64,000 bases of DNA. Source: Heterodontus francisci. Taxonomy: Eukaryota. Both the position numbers and the translations under genes were made by a program. Location of the stretch: contig NC_090419.1 of the NCBI RefSeq assembly GCF_036365525.1, positions 13,082,001 to 13,146,000 of the forward strand, given 5' to 3'. The notes beneath the pieces were generated by a model. That model ran no database searches. It was not told where the DNA came from and worked only from the letters and a program-made list of their open reading frames with translations. Position 1 is the first letter of the stretch. Every line of letters begins with the position of its first letter. Below are positions 18,086-31,900 of this stretch, piece by piece.

Positions 18086-19999
18086 TGACACTGAACTTGA
18101 GACATCGCTCTGCATGGCAGGCTGTCAGCTGCTGGATATTTTTAATTTAGTTACATTCGAGGTGGCTGCGATATACAGAGATTTCCAGAATTAACTTGGC
18201 CTGCGGTTCTGGTCTCCCTGGATGTGTGCGATTCCTAGGCAATCCCCCCTGCCCCGCCCCCTTCAACTAAATTGTCTACAGGTATACCCCTTCCTCCTCC
18301 CTTCCCTGTCCAGTTGAAATTGATGTGGGCTGACGCCAGCGCAGGGAGAGGGGATGTTGTGGCGGGGGGGAAGCAACGAGAAGGCCGAGCGCCGGCTGGG
18401 AATTATTTCCGGCTGGGGTAGCCCTCGTGTCCCCCGTCCTGTGCGTTTTGGGAAGGCGGGTCGGGCCAGTGTGACCGGGAGGAGCCCGCAGATGCGTCTC
18501 TCTTCCTCCTTGTTCCCTTGCTGCCATTCCCCAGCTAAACTCAGCCCTGTCGCTGGAGTCTAATAGTCCCACCGGTGGCTCAGTGAGTAACACGCACGCC
18601 TAACACGCTCAGCCCCGGAGCCCCTGGGTTCAAGTCTCCCCCACAAGGACTTGAGCACATTATCCAGGCCGCCACTTCCGAGTGCATTACTGAGGGAGAG
18701 CCGCACTGTCGGTGGCGCTGTCTTCCAAGTGAGACGCTGAAACCGAGGGGAAAACACTAAACCCAGCGCACCTTGCAGTGTGACTGGATACCATTCCTCC
18801 CTCAGTCCATAAAAACCTGGCCGACTGGCCACGCATCTGCGGGATCTTGCTGTGTGCAGCGGGACCCGTGCATTTCCCAGTTTGGAGAAGTTAATTGTGC
18901 GCGGAGCGCTTTGATGTGCTAAATTACGGAACATCTACCTTCTAAAAAAGGGGAAGGCGAGATATTTAACACAAGCAGGTGAACTATGTCTAAAACTGTT
19001 TAGTTTATTTGTGTTTTTAAAAATGCTTCTGTTTTATTTAATAGCGTCTTTGTAAACACTATTTTTTTTCTCAACGTGCAATTGTGGGGGTGGGGGTGGG
19101 GGTGGGGGGGGGGGGTGGAATTTAAAAATAGGTGCAGTCGCAGTCTGCGAGTCCGAAAACACTGGTCAAAGTCCCTGGTAACGGAAGGCAGGATATGATC
19201 AGTGGTCCGCTTCGCACCGACCCCTCTAATTAATGTGTAGTTTCTAGTCGGGATCTCCCTCACTGAGTGAGGGAAAGCCCCGCAGGTGTCCTGGGAGGGG
19301 CTGGTAGATGATTGTAAGCTGTTCAAAAGGTGGGGGGGGGGGGTTAGTCGGACTGAGTTGTAGGTTATCAGGGCAGAGGCGTTTAGCTGTAAGCTGTTTG
19401 TAAAAAGGTTGCACTGTTGTCTTTGGTTTGGTACTTGATGATGAAAATTAAATTATTACAGCGCAGCAGCTGATTCTGTTCCTGCTCTCTCTCTCTCCTG
19501 GTGCCTCCTCCTCCTCGGTTGTGGAAGGGGGAAGGATGTTTCACAGTCTCTCACGAGTGCCAGTCAGTGAGCTGTTCAGCTGTGCGGGGCGTCGCAGCTG
19601 AGCCTGCACTCTCAATACCAGCTCTCCGTCAAGCCTCAGCTGCGGCTTCTGCCAGGGCCCAGAGGATAAGGGATTGCGGCAGGGGCGCGGTCTGGAGTTT
19701 ACACTGGCCTGTGCTGCAGATTCATTCGGCCCATCTGCTGCGTGGCGGTGTTTGTGTTCCACAAGAGCCCTCCCACTCCTCTCCATCACCATATCCTGCT
19801 ATTACTCCCTCGTGTGTTTGTCCAGCTTCTCCTCAAATGCCTCGATACTATTCGCCTCAACCACTCCCTGTTAAACCCAGAGTATTAATAAACTCTCGCG
19901 TATTTTCTTGACTCTTTTATTTGCTCACCAATCCTTATATCAAAAAAAAGCGAACTTGCAGTTCTGATTAAAACATTAAACTCCGAGTCCTTCATTGAT

Positions 20000-22900
20000 T
20001 TAAAAGTCTTTGTCCCCCTCAGTCACACACAAGCCTCCAAACGCCCCAGCGATGTCACACTGCTCTGCTGAGGGCTCTGACAGCGAGGGTGGCCTCTTGG
20101 AGGGCGAGGGGCCTCGTTCCCGAGCAAGCAGGTTATTTTTCTTCAAAAAACAGGCTTCCTGATAGGGAGGGCAGATGGGAGGTTGGGTGGGTGGAGTATA
20201 AGTGTATTCCTTGCTGGGATCCAGCTGGAGAGAGGGGGCAGAAACACCAGAGTTACGAAACAGAAAACCAAGCACATCTTTCCCGTGTCCATTTGGTGTC
20301 GGCTGTGGCTTGCTGCTGAGTCAGCAGGTGGCGACTTCGAGTTCCCTGTTCCAAAGACGGGAGCAGTACCGAGGGAGTGCCGCACTGCCGGAGGGGCAGT
20401 ACCGAGGGAGCGCCGCACTGTCGGAGGGGCAGCATCGAGGGAGAGCCGCGCTGTCGGAGGGGCAGCATCGAGGGAGAGCCGCGCTGTCGGAGGGGCAGCA
20501 TCGAGGGAGAGCCGCGCTGTCGGAGGGGCAGCATCGAGGGAGTGCCGCGCTGTCGGGAGGAGGCCATTCAGTGAGATTGTGACTGATCTGCAGCCAAACT
20601 TCATATCCAGTCACCATGACAGCAGCTCGCCGCTCTTACCTGTAAAGGGTAGGTCTTGTCCGAGTCGTACGCACTGAGATCGCCACACGCGAGGAAAGGC
20701 ACGATCAGCCTGTTGGGGCCTTCCAGTTGGTTAAAGTCCACATCTTCAGCAAGAGAGGAGGAAAAGAGAGAGAGGTGATAAAGAGGAACTGGTCGAGAAC
20801 CACAGGGCACTGATTTCAGGTGAGAAAGAGCTGGTGTCGAGGGGGGTGGGGGGGGGGGGGGAGCAGCGGGAAGAACAGTATCGCTCTTCGAAAGAGCCAG
20901 CACAGACTCAGATGGGCCGAACAGCCTCTGTACGATCGTACGTGATGGGTTCTCGTGGTTCGGGGGAAGCCGGGAGAGATACAGGAGCGGTGCAGACCCT
21001 GTTCTTACCGTAGGAGTGGTCCAGGAGCGGGTTCGACATGTTGGGCACATACCCCGCGGGGGGCGAGTATCCGCGGCACACCACAAACGCTTCTGCGGAA
21101 GGGAGGGAGAGAAAAAAAAAATAACCAGTCAGCCCTGGCTCCAAGCACCAAATGTCCATTGCAGCTTCTCCCACAACCCCCCCCCACCACTTAATCAGGA
21201 CAATGAGCAAACTATTGCAATAAATCTAGTCCCAGTTCCCATCCCACTGCTTGTTCCCAAATATATCAGCTGCCAGATCTCGGGCGCCATTTCTCGCTGT
21301 GACTTACACGGGAAACACAGCTGCGTCAGGGGCTTAAAGGGTTAAATTACGAGGGACTGTTCGCACAGACTGGGCTCGTGTTCCCTCGAGTGTAGAAGAC
21401 TAAGGGGTGATTGAATCGAGGGGTTTAAGATGATCAAAGGATTCGATCGATATAGTTCATTCTGAAGCTGGGGTCTTAAATCTGAGCAATGGAAACTATG
21501 AAGGTATGAGGGACAAGTTGGCTGTGGTGGATTGGGAAAATAGACAAAGATTTGGCAGTCGACAGGCAATGGTGAGTATTTAAAGAAGTTTTACACGGTT
21601 TACAACAAGTATACATTCCTCGAAGACACAAAAACCCAACAGCAAAAATGAATCAATTGTGGTTAACAAAAGGACTTTAAAGATTGCATTAGATGAAAGG
21701 AATAAGGTCGCTTAAAAAGTGGGAAGCTCGAGGAGTGGGAGCAATTTAGAATCCAGCAAAGGAGGACCAAGAAACTGATAAAGAATGGGGAAGAGAGATT
21801 ATGAATCTAGGCTAGCTAGAAACATAAAGGCGGACTGTAAACGCGTCTGTAGGTGCGTGAAAAGGAAATGATTAGCAAGGACGAATGTGGGTCCATTGCA
21901 GGCGGAGACAGGAGAGTTTGTGCTGGAGAATTGAGGAAATGGCGGAGAGACTGAACAAATACTTTGTGTCTGTCTTCACGGAGGAAGATACAGAAAATCT
22001 CCCAGAAATACCAAGGGACTCGTAAAAATGAGGAACTGAAAGTAATTAGTATTAATAAAGAGGTAGTACTCGAAAAATTAACTGGATTGAAAGTTGATAA
22101 ATCCCCTGGACCAGATGAGCTACATCCCAGAGTGTTGAAGGAGGTAGTTATAGAGATAGTGGATGCATTGGTGGTTATCTTTCAAAATTCTATAGATTCT
22201 GGAAAGTAGCAAATGTAACCCCGCTATTTAAGAAGGGAGGGAGAGAGAAAACGGGGAATTACAGACCTGTTAGTTTGACATCAGTAGTACGGAAAATGTT
22301 AGAATCTATTATAAGGGATGAGATAACTGGACATTTGGAAAATAACGATATGATTGGGCAGAGTCAACACGGATTTGTGAAAGGGAAATCATGTTTGACA
22401 AACTTGTTTGAGTATTTTTGAGGATGTTACTTGTAGCAGAGATAAAGGAGAACCAGTGGCTGTGGTATGTTTGGATTTTCAGATAAGATCCCACACAGGT
22501 TAGCAAAAGATTAGAGCACGTGGGATTGAGGGCTAATATATTGGTATGGATGGAGAATTGGTTCACAGACAGAAAGCAAGAGAGTAGGAATAAATGGATC
22601 ATTCTCAGGATGGCAGGCTGTTACTAGTGGGGTACCGCAAGGATCGGAAGTGGGGCTACAGCTGTTCACGATCTATATCAATGATTTGGACGTGGGGACC
22701 AAATGTAATATTCCCAAATTTGCTGACGACACAAAACTAGGCGGGAATGTGAGTTGTGAGGATGCAAGGAGGCTTCAAGGGGACTTGGACAGGCTAAGTG
22801 AATGGGCAAGAACATGGAAGATGGAATATAATGTGAATAAGTGTGAAGTGATCCACTTTGGTAGGAAAAACAGAAAGAGAGTATTTCTTCAATGGTGAGA

Positions 22901-25900
22901 GGTTGGGAAGTGTTAATGTCCAAATGGGACCTGGGTGTCCTTGTTCATGATTCACTAAAAGCTAGCATGCAGTTGCAGCAAGCAGTTAAGGCAAATGGTA
23001 TGTTGGCCTTCATCACAAGGCGATTTGAGTAGAGAGGTCTTGCTGCAATTGTATAGAGCCTTGGTGAGACCGCACCTGGAGTAGTGTGTGTGGTTTGGGT
23101 TCCTCATCTATGGAAGGATATACTTGCCATAGAGGGAGTGCAACGGAGGTTCACCAGACTAATCCCCGGGATGGCGGGATTGTCTTATGAGGAGAGATTG
23201 GGGAAACTGGACCTGTATTCTCTAGAGTTTCGAAGAATGAGAGGTGATCTCATTGAAACTTACAAAATTCTTACAGGGCGTGACAGGGTGGATGGGGATG
23301 GGATGTTTCCCCTGGCTGGTGAGTCCAGAACCAGGGGACATAGTCTCAGAATAAGGGGCAGGCCATTACAGACTGAGATGAGGAGGAATTTCTTCACTCA
23401 GAGGGTGGTGAATCAGTGGAATTCTCTACCCCAGAGGGCTGTGGAAGCTCAATCATTGAGCATGTTCAAGACTGAAATCGAGAGATATCTGGATACTAAT
23501 GACATCAAGGGATATGGGGATAGTGTGGGAAAATGGCGTAGAGGTAGATGATCAGCCATGATCTAACTGAATAGCAGAGCAAGCTCGATGGGCTGATTGG
23601 CCTACTCCTGCTCCTATTTCCTATGACCCTATGACAGAGAGAAACTACTTCCTCTGGTGGGGTGGAGGGAATCCAGGCTGTTCAGGGGTAATGTCAGGAA
23701 GCACTTCTTACAAACATACGAATTAGGAGCAGGAGTAGGCCACTCGGCCCCTTGAGTCTGCTCCGCCTTTCAATAAGTTCACAGCTGAACTGATTACTCC
23801 ACATTTCCACCTACCCCCGATAACCTTCCACCCCCTTGCTTATCAAGAATCTATCTACCTCTGCCTTAAAAATATTCAAAACTCTGCTTCCACCGCCTTT
23901 TGAGGATGAGAATTCCAAAGACTCACGACCCTTTGAGAGAAAAAATTCTCCTCATCTCTGTCTTAAATGGGCGAACCCTTATTTTTAAACAGTGACCCCT
24001 AGTTCTAGATTCTCCCAAAAGGGGAAACATCCTTTTCACATCCACCCTGTCAAGACCCCTCAGCATCTTATATGTTTCAATCAAGTCGCCTCTTACTCTT
24101 CTAAATTCCAGCGGATACAAGCCGAGCCTGTCCAACCTTTCCTCATAAGACAGCCCGCCCATTCCAGGTATTATTCTAGTAAACCTTCTCTGAACTGCTT
24201 CCAACGCATTTACATCCTTTCTTAAATAAGGAGACCAGTGGTGTGCACAGTACTCCAGATGTGGTCTCACCAATGCCCTGTATAATTGAAGCAAAACCTC
24301 CCTACTTTTATATTCAATTCCCCTCACAATAAACGATAACATTCTACTAGCTTTCCTAATTACATGCTGTACCTGCATACTAACCTTTTGCGATTCATGC
24401 ACTAGGACACCCAGATCCCTCTGTATCTCAGAGCTCTACAATCTCTCACCATTTAGATAATATGCTTCTTTTTTATTCTTCCTGCCAAAGTGGACAATTT
24501 CACACTTTCCCACATTATACTCCATTTGCCAGGTCTTTGCCCACTCACTTAACCTTTCTATATTCCTTTGTAGCCTCCTTATGTCCTCTTCACAACTAAT
24601 TTTTCTACCTATCTTTGTGTCATCAGCAAATTCAGCCACCATACATTCGGTCCCTTCATCTAAGTCATTTATATAAATTGTAAAAAGTTGAGGCCCCAGC
24701 ACAGATCCCTGTGACACACCACTCATTACATCTTGCCAACCAGAAAATGACCCATTTATGCCTACTCTCTGTTTCCTGTTAGCTAACCAACCTTCTATCC
24801 CTGACAATATGTTACCCCCTACATCATGAGCTTTTATTTTCTGCAATAACCTTTGATGTGGCACCTTATCAAATGCCTTCTGGAAATCTAAGTACAAAAC
24901 GTCCACCGGTTCCCCTTCATCCACAGCACGTGTAACTCCCTCAAAGAACTCCAATAAATTGGTTAAACATGATTTCCCTTTCACAAAACCATGTTGACTC
25001 CGCCTGATTATCTTGAACTTTTCTAAATGCCCTGCTATAACGTCTTTAATAATAGCTTCTAACATTTTCCCCAAGACAGAAGTTAAGCTAACCGGCCTGT
25101 AGATTCCTGTTTTCTGTCTCCCTCCCTTTTTGAACAAAGGAGTTACATTCGCTATTTTCCAATCTAACAGAACCTTCCCCGAATCTAGGGAATTTTGGAA
25201 AATTAAAACTAACGCATCAACTATCTCACTAGCCACTTCTTTTAACACCCTAGGATGAAGTCCATCAGGACCCGGGGACTTGTCAGCCCGCAGCTCCTAC
25301 AATTTGTTCAGTACCATTTCCCTGGCGATTGTAATTTTCTTGAGTTCCTCCCTCCCTTCCATTTCCTGACCTACAGCTAATACTGGGATCTTATTTGTAT
25401 CCTCAATAGTGATTACCGATGCAAAATATCTGTTCAATTCATCTGCCATCTCATTATTATCCATTATTAATTCCCCAGCCTCACTTTCTAAAGGACCAAC
25501 GCTCACTTTGTTAACTTTTCTATATTAAATATCTACAGGAACAGTCATTATATTTCTAGCTAGCTTTTTCTCATACTCTAATTTTACCTTCCTTATCAAT
25601 CTTTTAGTCATTCTTTGCTGTTTTTTATATACTGTCCAATCTTCTGAGCTGCCTCCCATCTTTGTGCAATTATATGCTTTTTCTTTAAGTTTGATACTAT
25701 CTTTAACTGTTTTAGTTAACCACGGATGGTGGGTCCCACCCTTGGAATTTTTCTTTCTCATTGAAATGTATCTATTGTGTATTCTGAAATATCCCCTTAA
25801 ATGTCTGCCACTGCATCTCTATTGACCAGTTCACTTTAGCTAGCTCTGCTTTCATGCCCTCATAATTGCCCTGATTTAAGTTTAAAATACTAGTCTTGGA

Positions 25901-28900
25901 CCCACTCTTCTCTCCCTCAAACTGACTGTAAAATTCACTCATATTATGATCGCTGCTGCCTAGGGGCGCCTTAACTGTGAGGTCATTAATTAATCCTCTC
26001 TTGTCACACAATACCAGGTAGAGTATAGCCTGCGGTCTGGTTGGCTCCAGAACATACTGTTCCAAGAAATTATCCCGAAAACATTCTTCACACAGAGGGG
26101 AGTGGAAATCTGGAACTCTCTCCCCCAGAAAGCTGTCGAGGCCGGGGGTCAATTGGGCAAAATTAGACGCCTCCCTACGATTAAGGCGAGTCTCCTTGAC
26201 ATGCCACAGATTGCCAAGCAGCTGTCAACATAGAGACACTTCCCGCAGCGATTAGACTCTCAGTGACCCTGCGCCGTGCCCGATTACAGCAATTTTACCG
26301 TACGCCCGAACTCTTACCGATGCTGGAGTTACGGCTGCTCCGCGGCTTTGCGCAGGTCACCTCGGAGAAGAAGATTTTCAGCTGCGAGTACAGCAGCGTA
26401 ACGTCCTTCCCGCGGAAGATCTGTCGGAATTGCGAAGCAAGGAGCTTTAAACACCGGCATCAAACAGTTGGGCCAAATGGCCTGTAAAATGTGCCGTAAA
26501 TACTACGTAACCTGCACTTATATAGCAGCTTTAACGCAGTACTGAGGGAGTGCCGCACTGTCGGAGGGGCCATGATAAGATGTTAATTTGCCTGTTGCGA
26601 TGGAGCGGGAGGACGTCAAGCATCCTGGGGCACCAGTCAGACAGGAAGACAAATATCTGGTTGTTCATCAAGGTTTGTGGGATCTTGCCGGGGGGCAAAA
26701 CGCAATCACATTTGCCTCTTTAATGATCCCTCTTTAATTTCACGCCCACCCACCCCCCTGATTGAATGCTCTGCCCACCTCTCTCGCTGTAATCCTTACT
26801 TCCTGGGTTGCAGAGCCTGAGATTATAGTCCGTTCTCAGTTATTGCCCGGTTTTCTGCTGGTCGTTGTTGAACTGGACGAAAGGGCGTGAATTGCCGCAA
26901 ACAAAAAATACTTAAAAATACATCCTTCCCGTCCCCTCCCCAATAAAGATGTTTCAACCAAAGAAACACTGGCCGTAGCAAACATCCCTTAACACCAAAG
27001 AAAGCTGGAGGTGTGTGCACGATGAGTCTGCGCGGACGCCTACCTTTGCTACAAAGGTTCCGCCATTTTTCAGCACGTGGGTGGTGATGTTTAGAGCCTG
27101 GAATGTGAGACAAGCCATATGGTTAACATTTCCCAGGAGCAGATTTATCACCAAAGACCAACACATCACACTTGGAATCCCTGTGGATTACGTCAATGAT
27201 TTGTTCGCTTGAAGAGGGTTAATTTCAAGATGGCTGCCTTTCATTTCCCTTATTTAAAACTGGCTGCCTGCCATTTGCCTAATTTAAAATGGCCACCCTC
27301 CATTTCCTCATATAAATGGCTGCCCACTTACAGATATTGCTGTGCTGTTTTGCAATTGAATGCTCATTCTGAGAGGTTACAACCTATCAGGAAAGACTGA
27401 ACAGGCTGGGACTCTTTTCTCTAGAAAAGAGAAGGCTGAGGGGGTGACCTGATAGAGGTCTTTAAAATGATGAAGGGGGGTTTCGATAGGGTAGACGTAG
27501 AGAAGATGTTTCCACTTGTGGGGGGAGACTAGAACTCGGGGGCCATCAATATAAGACAGTCACTAATAAATCTAATGGGGAATTCAGGAGAAACTCCTTT
27601 CCCCAGAGACTGGTGAGAATGTGTAACTCGCTACCACAGGGAGTGGTTGAGGTGGGTAGTATCGATGTATTTAAGGGGGAAGCTGGATAAACACACGAGG
27701 GAGAAAGGAATAGAAGGATATGGGGATGGGGGGAGATGGAGAGAGGGGTAGGAGGAGGCTCGTGTGCAGCAGGAATGCCAGCACAGAGCAGATGGGCTGA
27801 ATGGCCTGTTTCTGTGCTGGACATTCTATGTTACCCTAAACTACGATGGTCGCTCCCTGTTTCCCGAATCTAAGACAGCTCCAGTACTGGATCCTCGGTG
27901 TTATATGTCCTGCGTTATTTCCGAGTCACATTCTGTCACTAAACTCTGACTTGGGGTCTCACAGAGCCACCATAGAACAAATGTTCACTCTGCTTGTCTG
28001 GTGACAGGACAACATACAAACACTCGTTAATGGTGACTAAGGCTGCTTGAACAGGACTTACCGCTAGCAGGAGCTGGGCCTGAATATACTCATCGATATC
28101 GTGGAGGCCAGTTACTGGAACAGAAGGGGTTTTGAAATAATTACATTCGAGGTCACCATGGATACTGGTAAAAATATCGACATACAAGGGAAGGCAACAA
28201 ACCTCCTGCCTCCTGTCTGCCTTGCAGATCATTCATTCACTCAACTAAGCCACAGCTCAAGAGATTTTCACCCTGTTCTGTCCGAACTGATTCCCTCTAC
28301 ACTGTCCCCATCAAAAACGCCCAGGGCAGGTACAGCACAGGGTTAGATACAGAGTAAAGCTCCCTCTACACTGTCCCCCATCAAACACTCCCAGGACAAG
28401 TACAGCACGGGGGTTAGAAAAAAAAAATGCGGTTGGCTGCTGTCTCATTGGAGGTGCTGACTGCTGATTGCAGCAACGAGCCTCAGCTGAGAGTGCTGGT
28501 GGCAGTTGGAGGTTGCCGAGGTGGAGAGAGGAGCGACACTGAGCAGAGAAAAGCTTCAATAACAATCACCGTGAAAGAGAAGAGACTTTTTGTTGGAAAC
28601 AAGGCTTTGTCCGGAGCTGGGTGCTGAACATCAGTAATTTGCTTTGCTTTGGACTGTTGGGGGAGGAACAAGTGGCCGGAACAACAAGGGGTGGGGCTGC
28701 CAATTCAGCAGGAATCTGTGCTGCTGCAACAAGCACACAGGGAAGCTCCCTCCCCACCCCAATTGCCCAGCCTGGGTCAGCTGAAGCTGCCCAGCTAAAC
28801 AGACGGAAGGGGATAGATAGTGCCTGGGCAGCTTCAGCTGACCCAGGTGAAGACGCCTCCCCCAACCAGAAGACCGGAAGACCTAGTGTGCTGGCAGAGA

Positions 28901-31900
28901 CTGTTTTAAGTGTGCTGTGTGCACCACCTCCGGAAAGCAAGTCATCCCATACAGTCTGTCTTTCCCTCTCCTCTATTCCCTCAGCCTCTCCCCTAACCTG
29001 TTGTTTGTTTGTTTGTTTTTTTATATATATTCAATATCTTCTGTGAATCTTTTGTTATTCGGTTTGCAAGCCTACAATTTGGGGGTGGGTTTAGCTCATG
29101 GTCGTTAGACCCATGGCAAGCCCTTCATCACTGGTGGCGGGGCCCTCTACCACCTATGCAGCTGCAGCCTCTGTGACTGCCCACGCAGCCCCATCACCCT
29201 TTAAATTGATAACATCCAGCCATGGGGTGAAGTGCTATCCCCACCCCAACATGTTCATTGAGGCCTGCGTAAAGGCAATGGCCAAGGTTGTCGGCCCCTC
29301 GGCCGTTGTTGCGGCCTCAAAGATGTATGGGAAGACTGTTTTTTCTGAAGACCGAGTGGGTGGTGTCCCTGGCCCTGAATAAAGGGCTCACTGTGGGTGG
29401 GACTTTCCTGCCAGTGGACCCTCTGGGGGCCACTGCGCAGCGGATAATGCTATCAAACGTCCCGCCCTTCATTCCCAGTGAGCTCCTCCTCCCCCATCTG
29501 CACCATCTGGGGGAGGTGAGGTCGGAGATCACCCCAATCCCGCTCGGTCTTCGGGAGCACAGCCTCTGACATGTCTACTCCTTCCGCCGCCAGCTATTTG
29601 TACAGCTGGCGCGGGAGGAGGTCTTGGAGGACCACTTCAGTGTGGAGTTCCAGGGGACGGCCTACCGTGTCTTCTGGATCTTGGACAGGGCGCGATGCCA
29701 TGTCTGCAAGGGGGTGGGGCATGTTCGTAAGAGCTGCCCCAACTTCCCGGCCGCCAACTCCGGCACTCTGCACCTCCTCCCACTCCCTCCACTCATCCTA
29801 CAGACACTAGACACTGCTCGGTCGGTTCCAGAGGCTGCGGTTTTCACGGCCTCCAACGGGGAGGGGAGTGCCCGCCCGAGTGGAAGGAAGGCGCGGAGGA
29901 AAAATAAACACAGAGAGGCTCGTCCCCTGGACACCGTGACACAACCCGAGCCTGAGCTCAGCCCAAGGCCCGTTCCCAGTGAATCGACCTGTCCCAGGGC
30001 TGGGCTCAGGCCCAGAGTAACTAAAAAAAAGGAGGGTGTGGAGGCAGAGCCCTCTGATGACATGGAGGTCTCTGAGCCTCCATGCCCGAGTGGGAAAAAG
30101 AGGAGAAGGCACCCCTCCATAGAGGTAACACAGGGCCCTGAGGTGCAGGGCCCATCAATTGGAGGGGAGCTGTCTCCTGGTTCAGGTCCCTAGGTTCCCC
30201 CTGCCACCACCACCACCAAGTCTGTAAAGCCTGAGCAGGAGCCTCCCTACCCCTCAAGATGGAGGGGGAGAGGGAGGCCCCAGTACATGAAGCCCCTCTG
30301 GGGGGAGCCAGTGGAGCCCTGCTTGTGGTGGGGGAGCCTCGGGACGTCTCCCATTCTGCCACTGGGTCAGGTGCCCTGAGTGGAGGGGAGGGCGAGGCCC
30401 CAAAGGGGCAGCCCTCCCAGCCAGGAGACACTCGACCCGGTTATAACTGAAAATGCTGCCCCATCTGCTGGGTCTGTGGGCGCTGGCGGGGCAGGAGATG
30501 GCCTCCTCTCTCCGCCTCCGGCTGGATTTCCGGAGTCGGGAACTTCCATCTCCCCTGGAGTGCTCAGTGGCCTGGGGGCGGAGGTGGAGGGGGGTCCTGG
30601 GCCGCTGGTGCCTACAGGCTCCAGTTCCATCCTAGAACCCAGAAAGGACTCCTCCGCCATTGATCCTGGGGGTGGGATTGTGGCGGAGCCAGGACCAGCT
30701 GGCGCAGCCGGGACATCCGCCCCACAGTGTGTGGTGGGTGTGTCGGCCGCTGGCGGTGACGACCCAGAGGAGGATGGGGACTCGGTGTGGGGCACAGAGG
30801 ACGATCTTCATTCCATCGCCAGTGGCGGAGCCCCTCATGCCTCCCACCGAGTCTCCTCTCATCCCCACGGCGGAACTCCGGGATTTCCTCGCCGCATGTG
30901 GGCAGAGTTCACTCCACTCCACACGCGGGCGGGATCGCGTACTGGCACTTTAACAACCGGCTGCTGGAAGACGAGCGATTCCGGGACTTGTTCCGTCGAT
31001 TCTGGGCTGACTGGAGAAGGAAGCAGGGGGGCTTCCCCTCCTTGAGGCTCTGGTGGGATGTGGGCAAGACTCACATCCGTGTCTTTTGTCAGGAGTACGT
31101 GAAGGGGTCGACCAAGAGGCGGGAAGCCGAGATCGGGCGCCTAGAGAGGGAGGTGCTCGACTTGGAGTCCCACCTCGGTCACGCCATCGCAGACCCGGCC
31201 CTGTGGCAGGCGTACAAAGAGAAGAAGGGCGCGCCGAGGGACCTGCAGCTCATGCAGATCCTGGAAGATTTGGACCGCGCCTCACCCTTCTTCTACTCGC
31301 TGGAAAAATGGCGGGGGGTCCGTAAGCAGCTCGTTGAGCTGCCGGCCGACAACGGATCCTCCATCACAGATCCGGAGGGAATGGGCCTCCTGGTCCGTAC
31401 GTATTATAGTGCATTGTTCTCTCCGGATCCGTCCAGCGAGGACGCGAGCAGAGTTTTGTGGGAGGACCTGCCGCAGGTCAGCCCGGAGGGCATCGAAGGA
31501 TTGGAGGCTCCGCTCACATTGGCGGAACTAACCGGCGCCTTCCGCCAGCTCTCGAGGGGCAAATCCCCAGGGCTGGACGGGCTGACTGTGCACTTCCTCA
31601 GGGCGTTCTGGGACGTCCTGGGGGACGATTACGCGCGGGTCCTGGGGGAAAGCCTGGCGACCGGGGAGATGCCCCTCTCGTGGCGCAGGGCGGTCATCAT
31701 CCTGCTGCCGAAGAGGGGCGATCTCCGCCTGCTTAAAAACTGCCGTCCAGTCTCCCTCCTCAGCACGGATTATAAGATCTTTGCCCGGGCTATGTCTACC
31801 CGCCTGGGCTCCGTGCTGGCCTACATGATCCACCCCGACCAGTCCTACACAGTCCCGGGTTCGGTCCATCCAGGACAACATCCACCTGGTCCGGGACCTG

